DNA of 64,000 bases from positions 1 to 64,000 of the IMG/VR virus record IMGVR_UViG_3300030095_006840. The stretch is one strand, 5' to 3'. Below the pieces are notes generated by a model. It was not told where the DNA came from and made no database searches. It saw only the letters and a list, made by a program, of their open reading frames with translations. Positions 10,201-17,522 of this stretch are shown piece by piece. The stretch's first letter is position 1. Each line of letters starts with the position of its first letter. Source of the DNA: a virus (lineage: Duplodnaviria > Caudoviricetes). A program made the translations under genes and the position numbers.

Positions 10201-10395
10201 TTGAATGGTAAACAGATGATTAACGATATTATCGCATACGAAAGCGGAGAAATGCAAGACGAAGAGGTTATAGACTTCTTCCAACGATTGATTGACAGTG
10301 GCATGGCATGGTCACTTCAAGGGAGTTATGGTCGTATGGCCATGCGCCTGGTTGAAGATGGTTTGTGTGTCCTGCCAGAAAAGGAAGTACAATAA
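10201..10395 (+). CDS. small phage protein (FQxLIDSGxAWSLQGxYGR family)
   Basis: Recognisable motif; apparent paralog at 13891. Confidence 0.65.
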   Translation: MNGKQMINDIIAYESGEMQDEEVIDFFQRLIDSGMAWSLQGSYGRMAMRLVEDGLCVLPEKEVQ

Positions 10396-10640
10396 TGAAG
10401 GTAAAAAACACCGATGAAGTTTGGGAATTAGGTGTGCTATTTGAAGCAGGTAAATTGCCATTTTTGTCTATGGCAGACATATCCTTAGATGGATTGGTTT
10501 CGACCAAATCCTTTGAAGTTGCCTTTTCAGCGGGAAGAGAAGATAAAAAGAATTTATTGGAATCTCGTGTCAAAGAACTAGAATCAAAGTGGAACAGTAA
10601 GACAAAATTAGTTCTTGATTTTGAACCAGGCATAGAATAA
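10395..10640 (+). CDS. hypothetical protein
   Basis: TAATG coupling; AAGGA RBS. Confidence 0.55.
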   Translation: MKVKNTDEVWELGVLFEAGKLPFLSMADISLDGLVSTKSFEVAFSAGREDKKNLLESRVKELESKWNSKTKLVLDFEPGIE

Positions 10641-10982
10641 ATGAATCCAAATTTAGAAAACTTATTAGAAGAAATCATAGACAAACATGAGTCACTTTCT
10701 TTGGATAATGACAACGATAAATCGACCCTCATAAAAGCACTAACAAAAGGGTTGACACCAATAGAATATTCAGATGTAGTAAGACTAGCAGAAGCAATAT
10801 TTCCAGATGCCAAAGTGGATGAAACACTTGACGAGTGTGAAGTAATTGTCAACACGGGATTGTACAACGTAGCATCGGGAGGAGATAGGCCACACCTAAT
10901 CACCCAGTCTCGCGGCGCGAGTTCGCGGGAAATTTTTCCAGTATCAGACATGGAATATATCTTAATTGGAGACAAAGAATGA
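10641..10982 (+). CDS. hypothetical protein, distantly similar to 12576 and 13313
   Basis: AKVDETLDECEVIVNTG resembles ASVETDNQGQLVVYTG. Confidence 0.6.
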   Translation: MNPNLENLLEEIIDKHESLSLDNDNDKSTLIKALTKGLTPIEYSDVVRLAEAIFPDAKVDETLDECEVIVNTGLYNVASGGDRPHLITQSRGASSREIFPVSDMEYILIGDKE

Positions 10983-11312
10983 GCGGAACAATGGTAATAA
11001 TTTTTGACATACTTTTTGCAGCAGCGACAGCAAGCACAATAGTGATTATTGGTTACTTGGGGATTGCAAAACTTTGGGAATTAACAAGAAAATAAGATTA
11101 GGAAAATAATAGAATGACTTATATAGACGCACTAATTTTAAGCCTAGCATCCGTTGCTTTTTTATACTCATTATATGTCATGTTCTTCCTAAGAATAGAT
11201 TAGTTTTTTTTATTAATAAATGAAAGACATATTGCTTACCATTTATTTTGTTTCGTCTGCAATTTTGACTATTGGTGCAATAATATGGATAAGCAAGCAA
11301 ATAAACAAGTAA
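10979..11312 (+). CDS. three consecutive single-TM micropeptides (10979-11095, 11114-11203, 11220-11312)
   Basis: Translated by hand: 38, 29 and 30 aa, each with one hydrophobic stretch. Confidence 0.5.
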
Positions 11313-11444
11313 TGCACCATAGTGGGATAAGGGAATATAATACAGATGGGAATGTTATAGGAAGTGTTGAAGATTGGTGTATTGTGGTGAGTTGTGGAGG
11401 TATGTGGGAATGATGTGATGTATCTGCCCCGCTCGCAATGTAGC

Positions 11445-11598
11445 TTGCATCACCCGATATTGTGAACATTCTTGCAATTTTGCTTGCATACTGTTTGCAA
11501 CAGGGCTTGCAATGTCAACATAGATTGCGACAATATTTTGCAACATGACTTGCACCATTGCAACAGAGCTTGCATTTTTTTTTGCAACCTTGATTGCA
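11445..11598. repeat. TTGCA array with mainly 12-bp spacing
   Basis: TTGCA at 11445, 11472, 11484, 11495, 11507, 11538, 11550, 11558, 11570, 11582 and 11594. Confidence 0.9.
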
Positions 11599-11808
11599 TG
11601 TTTTTTTGTTCCGATGATTGCCCAATTTTTTGGGCCTCGTGGACGACCACCCAGCGGGACAGTGAAAGCCACTATAGGCCAATAGGCCCGAATTTTTTAC
11701 TTGACTTTTTTTAGCACATGGTGTATCATCACTGTCCCATTGTAGGGAAAACGAGGGTGCTATTTTTTCCTTGACTTTCTTAATCTTTTATGAGACAATA
11801 TAACCATA

Positions 11809-11991
11809 ATGTGGAAGATAGTTTTTTGGAGTTTCGTTGCATTCATAGCATTGTGCTATTACATCCCGACGAAGAGTTTTTTTGCCTTGGGAATTTTTTT
11901 GGCCCTATTGCCGATCATTGCGATTAGATTTTGTCTGACAGTTTTTTGGACTGGGGTATGGATTCTGAAGTTGATCCCCAAGATTTTTTAA
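11809..11991 (+). CDS. small membrane protein
   Basis: Very hydrophobic 60 aa; promoter at 11771. Confidence 0.55.
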   Translation: MWKIVFWSFVAFIALCYYIPTKSFFALGIFLALLPIIAIRFCLTVFWTGVWILKLIPKIF

Positions 11992-12308
11992 GGTGATTTT
12001 TTATGACTAAGCAGAAGATTTTTTTGCCCTCGATGGGTGCTGAATTTTGTCAGATTTTTAAGCGCAAAGCAGGCGCACATTCTCATAAGAATGTCAAGCG
12101 AAAAAAGACAAGGCAGAAATTTTTGCGCCTCGAACGCATAATGCGGGAGTATTAGGGTTCTGCCGGGACAGTGAACCACACTCCAGGCATATCACCCACA
12201 CCAACACCAATACACCAACACTGTCCCGTTTAAGGGTTCTCACAGAAAAGATTATTTATTAGTTATTATTTACTTGCCATCCTGGGCAACATATGAGATA
12301 CTACACTC

Positions 12309-12488
12309 ATGAATCGCACTGAAGCACAGAACCTATACCCCGGAGATCAAGTCAAATGGAACGATCCAGATGGCGATGAATGTTCCAGAGTTTTAACCAT
12401 CAAGACCATCAAGCACTATAATGAGTTTATGGTTATTGTTGACAGTGATGGAAACGAATTGCACTGTTATGCAGATGAACTGGAATAA
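12309..12488 (+). CDS. small SH3-like protein (59 aa, leaderless; not in the ORF track)
   Basis: MNRTEAQNLYPGDQVKW...ADELE; ATG 7 nt after the -10. Confidence 0.6.
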   Translation: MNRTEAQNLYPGDQVKWNDPDGDECSRVLTIKTIKHYNEFMVIVDSDGNELHCYADELE

Positions 12489-12575
12489 GGAGAAGATTAA
12501 AGGGTAATCACAGAAAAGATAAAAAAGATTAATTTAATAGTTGACAAGTTGGACCGGATGCGAGATAATACAGTT

Positions 12576-12842
12576 ATGAAATTGAGTGATAAAAAGAAAA
12601 ACGAAATCAGAGTTATTGCAAAATACTTGCGAGAGCAATGCACCGACTACAAATCATTTTGCTATGCAATGGAAGAATTATTCAAAGGTGGTGCAAGCAT
12701 CGATCTTGACAATGATGGTCAGGTTCTCGTCTATACCGGACATCTCGCAGACGTTGAGAATCAGGGAGAACAGGCACCACTCTTATCAGCGTTTCTCATG
12801 GATGCACTTGAAAACAATTATCTTGAATCGAGAAAAGATTAA
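12576..12842 (+). CDS. hypothetical early protein (DNxGQxxVYTG family), leaderless
   Basis: ATG 12576 lies 7 nt after the -10; IDLDNDGQVLVYTG motif. Confidence 0.7.
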   Translation: MKLSDKKKNEIRVIAKYLREQCTDYKSFCYAMEELFKGGASIDLDNDGQVLVYTGHLADVENQGEQAPLLSAFLMDALENNYLESRKD

Positions 12843-12917
12843 GAAAAGACTTGACAAGTAGCATACAATCGTGAGAGAATACATTATAAACAATTAGGAA
12901 ATCATAAAGGAGATATT

Positions 12918-13208
12918 ATGACATCATTACTACAAACAATTATGAAACACGACGCTAAGATGGAAGCTCTTACCCGCAAGAACGAACGTCTTGAGCAGGC
13001 TCTCATGTTCCTTGTTGACGATTTGATTGACCGTGATTTGACTCTATGTGTTGATGCAGATTATTTGGACAAAGCTGTTCAGATGCTCAAGAATCGTGGC
13101 TTGATGGACTACACAAGGAATGATTCTTATGAGAATGTTCAAAGCGGCTTGTGTGATCGATCTGTGCGGCTAAAACAAGTCGTTGGCACAATAACCGGGA
13201 CAGGGTAA
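12918..13208 (+). CDS. hypothetical early protein
   Basis: Promoter at 12851; AAGGAG RBS. Confidence 0.7.
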   Translation: MTSLLQTIMKHDAKMEALTRKNERLEQALMFLVDDLIDRDLTLCVDADYLDKAVQMLKNRGLMDYTRNDSYENVQSGLCDRSVRLKQVVGTITGTG

Positions 13209-13312
13209 GGGTTTACACAAAAAAGTGAAAAAAGATTAAAAAAAGTGTTGACTTTCTAGCCCCACTGTGAGAGAATACATTATAAACAATTAGGAAATTA
13301 GGAGATTAGATA

Positions 13313-13576
13313 ATGACTACCCAATACAATAAACAAACCGCCGCAACTGTAGATGCAATAATGAAGCTAAAGGAAGTCCTCGGAGCGCGAGCCAAGGTTG
13401 ACGATCTGAAGATGGTTATGCGCCACCTATTCGCTGCCAATGCTTCAGTCGAAACCGACAACCAAGGTCAGTTAGTGGTTTACACTGGCTACACTTATGG
13501 TGCTCATACTGAAGATGTTATGACTATGCAAAATGACCCCGAGGGTTTCCCTCAGTTCTGGTGTAAGAACGACTAG
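13313..13576 (+). CDS. hypothetical early protein (DNxGQxxVYTG family)
   Basis: Promoter at 13248; AGGAG RBS; VETDNQGQLVVYTG motif. Confidence 0.7.
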   Translation: MTTQYNKQTAATVDAIMKLKEVLGARAKVDDLKMVMRHLFAANASVETDNQGQLVVYTGYTYGAHTEDVMTMQNDPEGFPQFWCKND

Positions 13577-13890
13577 CAGGGTTTAACACTGTCCCATTTA
13601 TTAGGAATAAGGAGAATTAATAATGAGTTTTAAAGTTACTGGAATTACCCCAACTGGTTCAAAGTTTGATGTGCCTATGACTATCAACCAACACAAGTCA
13701 TTCAATGCGCTCAAGCTGGCGAAGAAATATCAGGACATGTACGGTCCTGGTTACACATTTGTCTTGATTCCCTTGTACTAAGGGTAAGCACAAAAAAATA
13801 AATAAATTCGATTTTGTTGTTGACAAGTCGGATACAATCGTGAGAGAATACATTATAAACAATTAGGAAATCATAAAGGAGATTTTAAAC

Positions 13891-14112
13891 ATGTTCGGAA
13901 TTCTACAAAAAATGGATCGCTTCTCAAACAATCTAATGACAGAAGAGGAGAAGATCAGCTTCCTTCAAGAGATCATCGATAATGGAATGGTCTTTGATAT
14001 GCATGACAAATATCAAAATGCGGCCTTGTCTCTCATTGAGCAAGGCAAGTTGTCTTGCGCCGTTGTGCGTCGTTTCAAGAGTTACGATGCAGCAGCAGCA
14101 GCAGCTTACTAG
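13891..14112 (+). CDS. small phage protein, paralog of 10201
   Basis: EEEKISFLQEIIDNGM...LIEQG; promoter at 13820; AAGGAG RBS. Confidence 0.7.
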   Translation: MFGILQKMDRFSNNLMTEEEKISFLQEIIDNGMVFDMHDKYQNAALSLIEQGKLSCAVVRRFKSYDAAAAAAY

Positions 14113-14243
14113 CAACACTGTCCCGAGTCGGCACCTGGTCTGCATAGGATGGCAGACCACTGGACCGCAGGGTTTCCACAAAAAAGATAAATAAATAAGA
14201 TTATTTTATTGACACCACCAACCAACTGTGAGATAATGAGAGC

Positions 14244-14339
14244 ATGAATTACGAAATAAAAAATAAAACAACCATCATTACCCTCGGTGGTATTGTATAT
14301 GTCATCGGGCTTGCTCTGTTCTACATGGCTCAACTCTAA
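14244..14339 (+). CDS. 31-aa single-TM micropeptide, leaderless
   Basis: MNYEIKNKTTIITLGGIVYVIGLALFYMAQL; ATG 7 nt after the -10. Confidence 0.5.
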   Translation: MNYEIKNKTTIITLGGIVYVIGLALFYMAQL

Positions 14340-14451
14340 GGGTTTACACAAAAAAGATTAAAAAAAAGCACTTTTAGGACTTTCCCCAATAGACAAAAGC
14401 GTAAAAGTGTGAGATAATACAGGCATAAACATTAGGAAATTAGGAGATAGA

Positions 14452-14631
14452 ATGAACCTTACAGAAATTAAAAACATGGATAAAAACGAATTGATCGAAT
14501 ACTTGGATCTTTACAATGTGGAAGCGTTCCCCGACGAATCCAAGCGATCCCTTAGATTGAAAGCAATCGATCTATTCTGGACATTGAAAGAAAATAATGG
14601 TTTCGCCTATGAAACCGTTCAATCATTTTAG
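14452..14631 (+). CDS. 59-aa helical protein, possibly HeH/SAP/Rho-N-like
   Basis: MNLTEIKNMDKNELIEYL...SKRSLRL; GGAG RBS. Confidence 0.5.
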   Translation: MNLTEIKNMDKNELIEYLDLYNVEAFPDESKRSLRLKAIDLFWTLKENNGFAYETVQSF

Positions 14632-14649
14632 GACTAGGAGAAACACTTA

Positions 14650-14886
14650 ATGATTAGCACTCAAATTGGAAAACAATCAGCCTGGATTATGCAGGGTAAT
14701 GGCTATAGGGTATTGCAGTCCTATAAGACCATCGTCGCTTTGCAGTCACCTTCGGGTAAATACTATAAGACAGATAAGAAGTGGTCAGTCACAACCTCAA
14801 AACATATCAATAAGTTCTGTGGGCCTAACCCTACGTTGGTTCCACAGGATCTCCTAGACGATTGGCAGAGTGGGGATTTTGCTTAA
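14650..14886 (+). CDS. small phage protein (SYxTxVA...WSxTTSKHIN family)
   Basis: Recognisable motif; AGGAG RBS. Confidence 0.7.
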   Translation: MISTQIGKQSAWIMQGNGYRVLQSYKTIVALQSPSGKYYKTDKKWSVTTSKHINKFCGPNPTLVPQDLLDDWQSGDFA

Positions 14887-14902
14887 TCGTTTATCCTAAT
14901 TA

Positions 14903-15045
14903 GAGTAACCCTTGTCAAGCAAAAGCGACAAACTGTATCAAAAAATTTGATGAGGGTTACTCCCCTCCGGGGGGATCCCGGAATGTATGTCCCTGGGGGC
15001 GGGTATGTCCGGGGGTGTCGGCTAAGGTCATTCGTGATCGCGGAG
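14903..15045. other. GC-rich non-coding element with an inverted repeat, a direct repeat and four G-tracts
   Basis: GAGTAACCCT (14903) / AGGGTTACTC (14953) inverted repeat; GTATGTCC(CT)GGGGG twice; G-runs at 14969, 14995, 15001 and 15011. Confidence 0.75.
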
Positions 15046-15052
15046 AAAAATT

Positions 15053-15277
15053 ATGAGAATTGAACTTGGAGTAGGCGATCTGGTGGTTTTTCAAAGACCA
15101 AACATGGACTTCCGAGAATGGGAACAACACCCCGATGGTGCATATCTTGTGGGCATCGTCACCAAAGTTGAAGTAGCTGGCACACACCAAGCATCTTACT
15201 ATTACGTCCATGCAACAGACGGCCAGAATTATGGCGCACTCAGAGAAGACAAACTATCGCTTCTCGCACAATGCTAA
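15053..15277 (+). CDS. SH3/KOW-like barrel protein
   Basis: VGDLV...GIVTKV...YYV...LSLLAQ. Confidence 0.75.
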   Translation: MRIELGVGDLVVFQRPNMDFREWEQHPDGAYLVGIVTKVEVAGTHQASYYYVHATDGQNYGALREDKLSLLAQC

Positions 15278-15351
15278 TATCAAAAAAATCCGGGGAAAAA
15301 AATTTCAGATTTTAGGTTGACAAATTGGCTCGAAAATGAGACAATAACCTT

Positions 15352-15558
15352 ATGAATTTGCTAGAAAACGTCAAAAACGGGCAACACTTCTGCTTAAAAG
15401 CATTCCCATCAAAAATATACAAAAGAATTCACAACCTGGTCAAAGCAGAAGGTCACAAAAAGCTTGTGGTCCAATGCAGAAGTTTGAGCACAGGGAAATT
15501 AATCGACGTGGAAGACCCCCATCAAGTACAGGTAATTCCATTGGGGAAAGTGAAATGA
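15352..15558 (+). CDS. small beta-rich protein, leaderless
   Basis: ATG 7 nt after the -10 of the promoter at 15317. Confidence 0.6.
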   Translation: MNLLENVKNGQHFCLKAFPSKIYKRIHNLVKAEGHKKLVVQCRSLSTGKLIDVEDPHQVQVIPLGKVK

Positions 15559-15779
15559 CAGAATGGACAATACCCAAGAAAGGCGATTTTGTCGCAGTTA
15601 CACAATCAGACCTACAAGGCGAAATATGGACGACCAATTGGCGTGGTATTGTGATGAGTGTTGGGGAAGAAAGAGCAATAATTAAATTCACAACAGGAGA
15701 TGAGTCAAGCTGGCCATTTGAAAGAATTAGGATTTTAGCAAGAGGAAGTAAATGTATAATACATGGGATTACAAAATAG
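15555..15779 (+). CDS. SH3/KOW-like barrel protein
   Basis: KGDFV...GIVMSV...IRILARG; ATGA overlap at 15555. Confidence 0.7.
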   Translation: MTEWTIPKKGDFVAVTQSDLQGEIWTTNWRGIVMSVGEERAIIKFTTGDESSWPFERIRILARGSKCIIHGITK

Positions 15780-15988
15780 GCGATTTAATTCAGGTCGAGA
15801 AACTAGGTCGAGCACCCGAAACCGGTATTGTGATTACGTTCCGACCAGAAGGAGAAGGTGTCCCGCGTAATTATTGGGAATGGGTTTCAGCCTATACAGG
15901 GCGAAGAATGTTTTTTCACGAAATTAAAGCACATATGCTGGCTCAGGATCATAAAATTAAAGTATTAGCGAGGGCAAAGAATGTTTAA
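15752..15988 (+). CDS. SH3/KOW-like barrel protein
   Basis: IGDLI...GIVI...IKVLARA. Confidence 0.7.
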   Translation: MYNTWDYKIGDLIQVEKLGRAPETGIVITFRPEGEGVPRNYWEWVSAYTGRRMFFHEIKAHMLAQDHKIKVLARAKNV

Positions 15989-16232
15989 GGTTGGAGATTT
16001 GGTAAGATTAGATGCATCGTTCACCTCAGAACGTCATCCCCCAATGGGAACACTAGGTGTTGTCACCGATGTAGAGAATTGGGATTTAGGAAAAGCTCAT
16101 GACAGCAACTCTGACACTTATGACCAGGTTGAATGTGATCAGTTTATTCGAGTTTATTGGTCGGTTGGGCCAAATAGCGAAGAACAATGTTATGTTAATT
16201 CTTCGCTGGAGTTGGTGAGTCATGAAGATTAA
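15981..16232 (+). CDS. SH3/KOW-like barrel protein
   Basis: FKVGDLV...GVVTDV...RVYW...LELVS. Confidence 0.75.
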   Translation: MFKVGDLVRLDASFTSERHPPMGTLGVVTDVENWDLGKAHDSNSDTYDQVECDQFIRVYWSVGPNSEEQCYVNSSLELVSHED

Positions 16233-16431
16233 AGAAGGCGACCTAGTTTTGTCCACGTGGCTTCCACCCGAAGGTGTGCCGCGATTGCAGGGGGTTGTGA
16301 CCGAGATTGTTCCTGCTCCTAATGAAGTAAGTGATGTCTTTAGTGTTGCCAAAGTATTTTGGATCAATGCTAATGAACCAAATATTTGTGAGTATTTTGA
16401 GAGCGAACTTGAATTGGTGGCGAAGTCATGA
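16222..16431 (+). CDS. SH3/KOW-like barrel protein
   Basis: EGDLV...GVVTEI...KVFW...LELVA. Confidence 0.75.
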   Translation: MKIKEGDLVLSTWLPPEGVPRLQGVVTEIVPAPNEVSDVFSVAKVFWINANEPNICEYFESELELVAKS

Positions 16432-16658
16432 TAAGTGAAGTAACAGAGTTTAGTGTTGGTGATCTCGTCAAAGAATCGCCAATCGCGGGCGCTCGACGAG
16501 ATGATTCAAAAACTTTAGGAATTGTAACAGAAATTAGACGATTGGGGCCGAATGGACCCGGTACATCATCTTGTCAGTCATTGCGTGTTTTTTGGGCAAA
16601 TTATGGCGAATTTTGGACAACAAACCTTAGAGTAATGAGTGTGTCCAATGGTGACTGA
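16428..16658 (+). CDS. SH3/KOW-like barrel protein
   Basis: FSVGDLV...GIVTEI...RVFW. Confidence 0.75.
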   Translation: MISEVTEFSVGDLVKESPIAGARRDDSKTLGIVTEIRRLGPNGPGTSSCQSLRVFWANYGEFWTTNLRVMSVSNGD

Positions 16659-16845
16659 CAGTTTTGAGTTTAAAGTTGGTGATTTGGTGCGCTTATTGTA
16701 TACAAATCGCATTGGAATTGTTGTCGAGATGAGCTGCCGCTCACTCGTTGATGATAAAGAGTGGTATTCTTATTTTATTCACTATATGGATGGAAAAAAC
16801 CGATGGGAAATAAAAGATGCCATCGAATTTATAGCAAGAGGCTAA
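16648..16845 (+). CDS. SH3/KOW-like barrel protein
   Basis: FKVGDLV...GIVVEM...IEFIARG. Confidence 0.75.
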   Translation: MVTDSFEFKVGDLVRLLYTNRIGIVVEMSCRSLVDDKEWYSYFIHYMDGKNRWEIKDAIEFIARG

Positions 16846-16846
16846 T

Positions 16847-17053
16847 ATGACAAAAAAAGCAAAATGTGTTGAGTGCGGTGAAGAATATAGCTGCAAGCGT
16901 TTGCAATTGGGTTATAAAACGTGTTTAGACTGCGGGGGTATATCGGCAATTCGTGAAATTGTTAGAAAATCAAAATGTATTGCACCTGCCTTTAACAAGG
17001 GCAGTTATACATATGTTCATTCTAAACAAGACGCAAAAGATATTGGCCGATAG
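16847..17053 (+). CDS. C4 zinc-finger small protein
   Basis: CVECG...CLDCG; PAFNKGSY motif. Confidence 0.7.
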   Translation: MTKKAKCVECGEEYSCKRLQLGYKTCLDCGGISAIREIVRKSKCIAPAFNKGSYTYVHSKQDAKDIGR

Positions 17054-17064
17054 TTACTAGTACA

Positions 17065-17283
17065 ATGAATAAAAATCAAATTTATAACATAGGCGATCTT
17101 GTAAAGCACAATCCACTAACTGATAAGTTAAATCGAGGGTATGGAATCGTGGTGGATATTCTTTCGGTAGATTACGACAAAATTAACACTATCAAATGTG
17201 CATGGTATGACGGAAAAATTTCTTGGGTCCACAAAGGCCAATTAAGGATAATTTCCAAAGGACAAAAGGGTGAGTTCTCGTGA
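17065..17283 (+). CDS. SH3/KOW-like barrel protein
   Basis: YNIGDLV...GIVVDI...LRIISKG. Confidence 0.75.
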   Translation: MNKNQIYNIGDLVKHNPLTDKLNRGYGIVVDILSVDYDKINTIKCAWYDGKISWVHKGQLRIISKGQKGEFS

Positions 17284-17491
17284 GTTTGAAATAGGTGACT
17301 TAGTTGCTCATAAAATGGAATTAGAATTTGATACGCTTTTTGAGCCGAATTATGGAATTATTATTGGCATCAAAAAAGTTAAAGAAAATACACATTATAA
17401 TGTTTTATGGGCATCTCCGCGAATATATCGAGACACCATTCAATTCGAAAAGGAACTTGTCTTGATTGCGAAAGTGAGAAATAACTTATAA
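17270..17491 (+). CDS. SH3/KOW-like barrel protein
   Basis: FEIGDLV...GIIIGI...YNVLW...LVLIAK. Confidence 0.75.
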   Translation: MSSREFEIGDLVAHKMELEFDTLFEPNYGIIIGIKKVKENTHYNVLWASPRIYRDTIQFEKELVLIAKVRNNL

Positions 17492-17522
17492 TTATTGAAT
17501 TTAATTTAATAGTTATAAACAC

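Larger units (their letters stand above)
11656..14124. repeat. dispersed CACTGTCCC / GGGACAGTG 9-mer (6 perfect copies)
   Basis: GGGACAGTG at 11656 and 12165; CACTGTCCC at 11730, 12219, 13587 and 14116. Confidence 0.9.
12233..14360 (+). promoter_or_regulatory. upstream box AGGGT-N3-CACA(A/G)AAAA
   Basis: Copies at 12233, 12501, 13208, 13781, 14169 and 14339; starts lie 39-41 bp (one 51 bp) before a -35 box. Confidence 0.8.
4340..15345 (+). promoter_or_regulatory. family of 15 early-type promoters, TTGAC(A/T)-17/18-GANAAT
   Basis: -35 boxes at 4340, 5781, 8009, 9012, 9398, 9573, 11771, 12274 (TTGCCA), 12541, 12851, 13248, 13820, 14209, 14390 (TAGACA) and 15317. -10 boxes are GAGAAT/GATAAT/GACAAT (GATACT at 12274), usually preceded by TGA. 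Confidence 0.85.

Noticed and set aside
11472-11598. TTGCA-N7-TTGCA dyads as sigma54 (-24/-12) promoters
   Set aside because: Aligning the second TTGCA on -12 puts GC rather than the invariant GG at -25/-24. The similarity is superficial.
11355-11714. Cys-rich or Gln/Ala-rich ORFs on both strands over the TTGCA array
   Set aside because: Their composition follows directly from the DNA repeat, and there is no RBS. Treated as shadow ORFs.
12233-14420. Repeats read as a CRISPR array or integron attC sites
   Set aside because: Spacing is irregular, the repeats are promoter/RBS sequences separated by whole ORFs, and there are no attC-type GTTRRRY/RYYYAAC palindromes or integrase.
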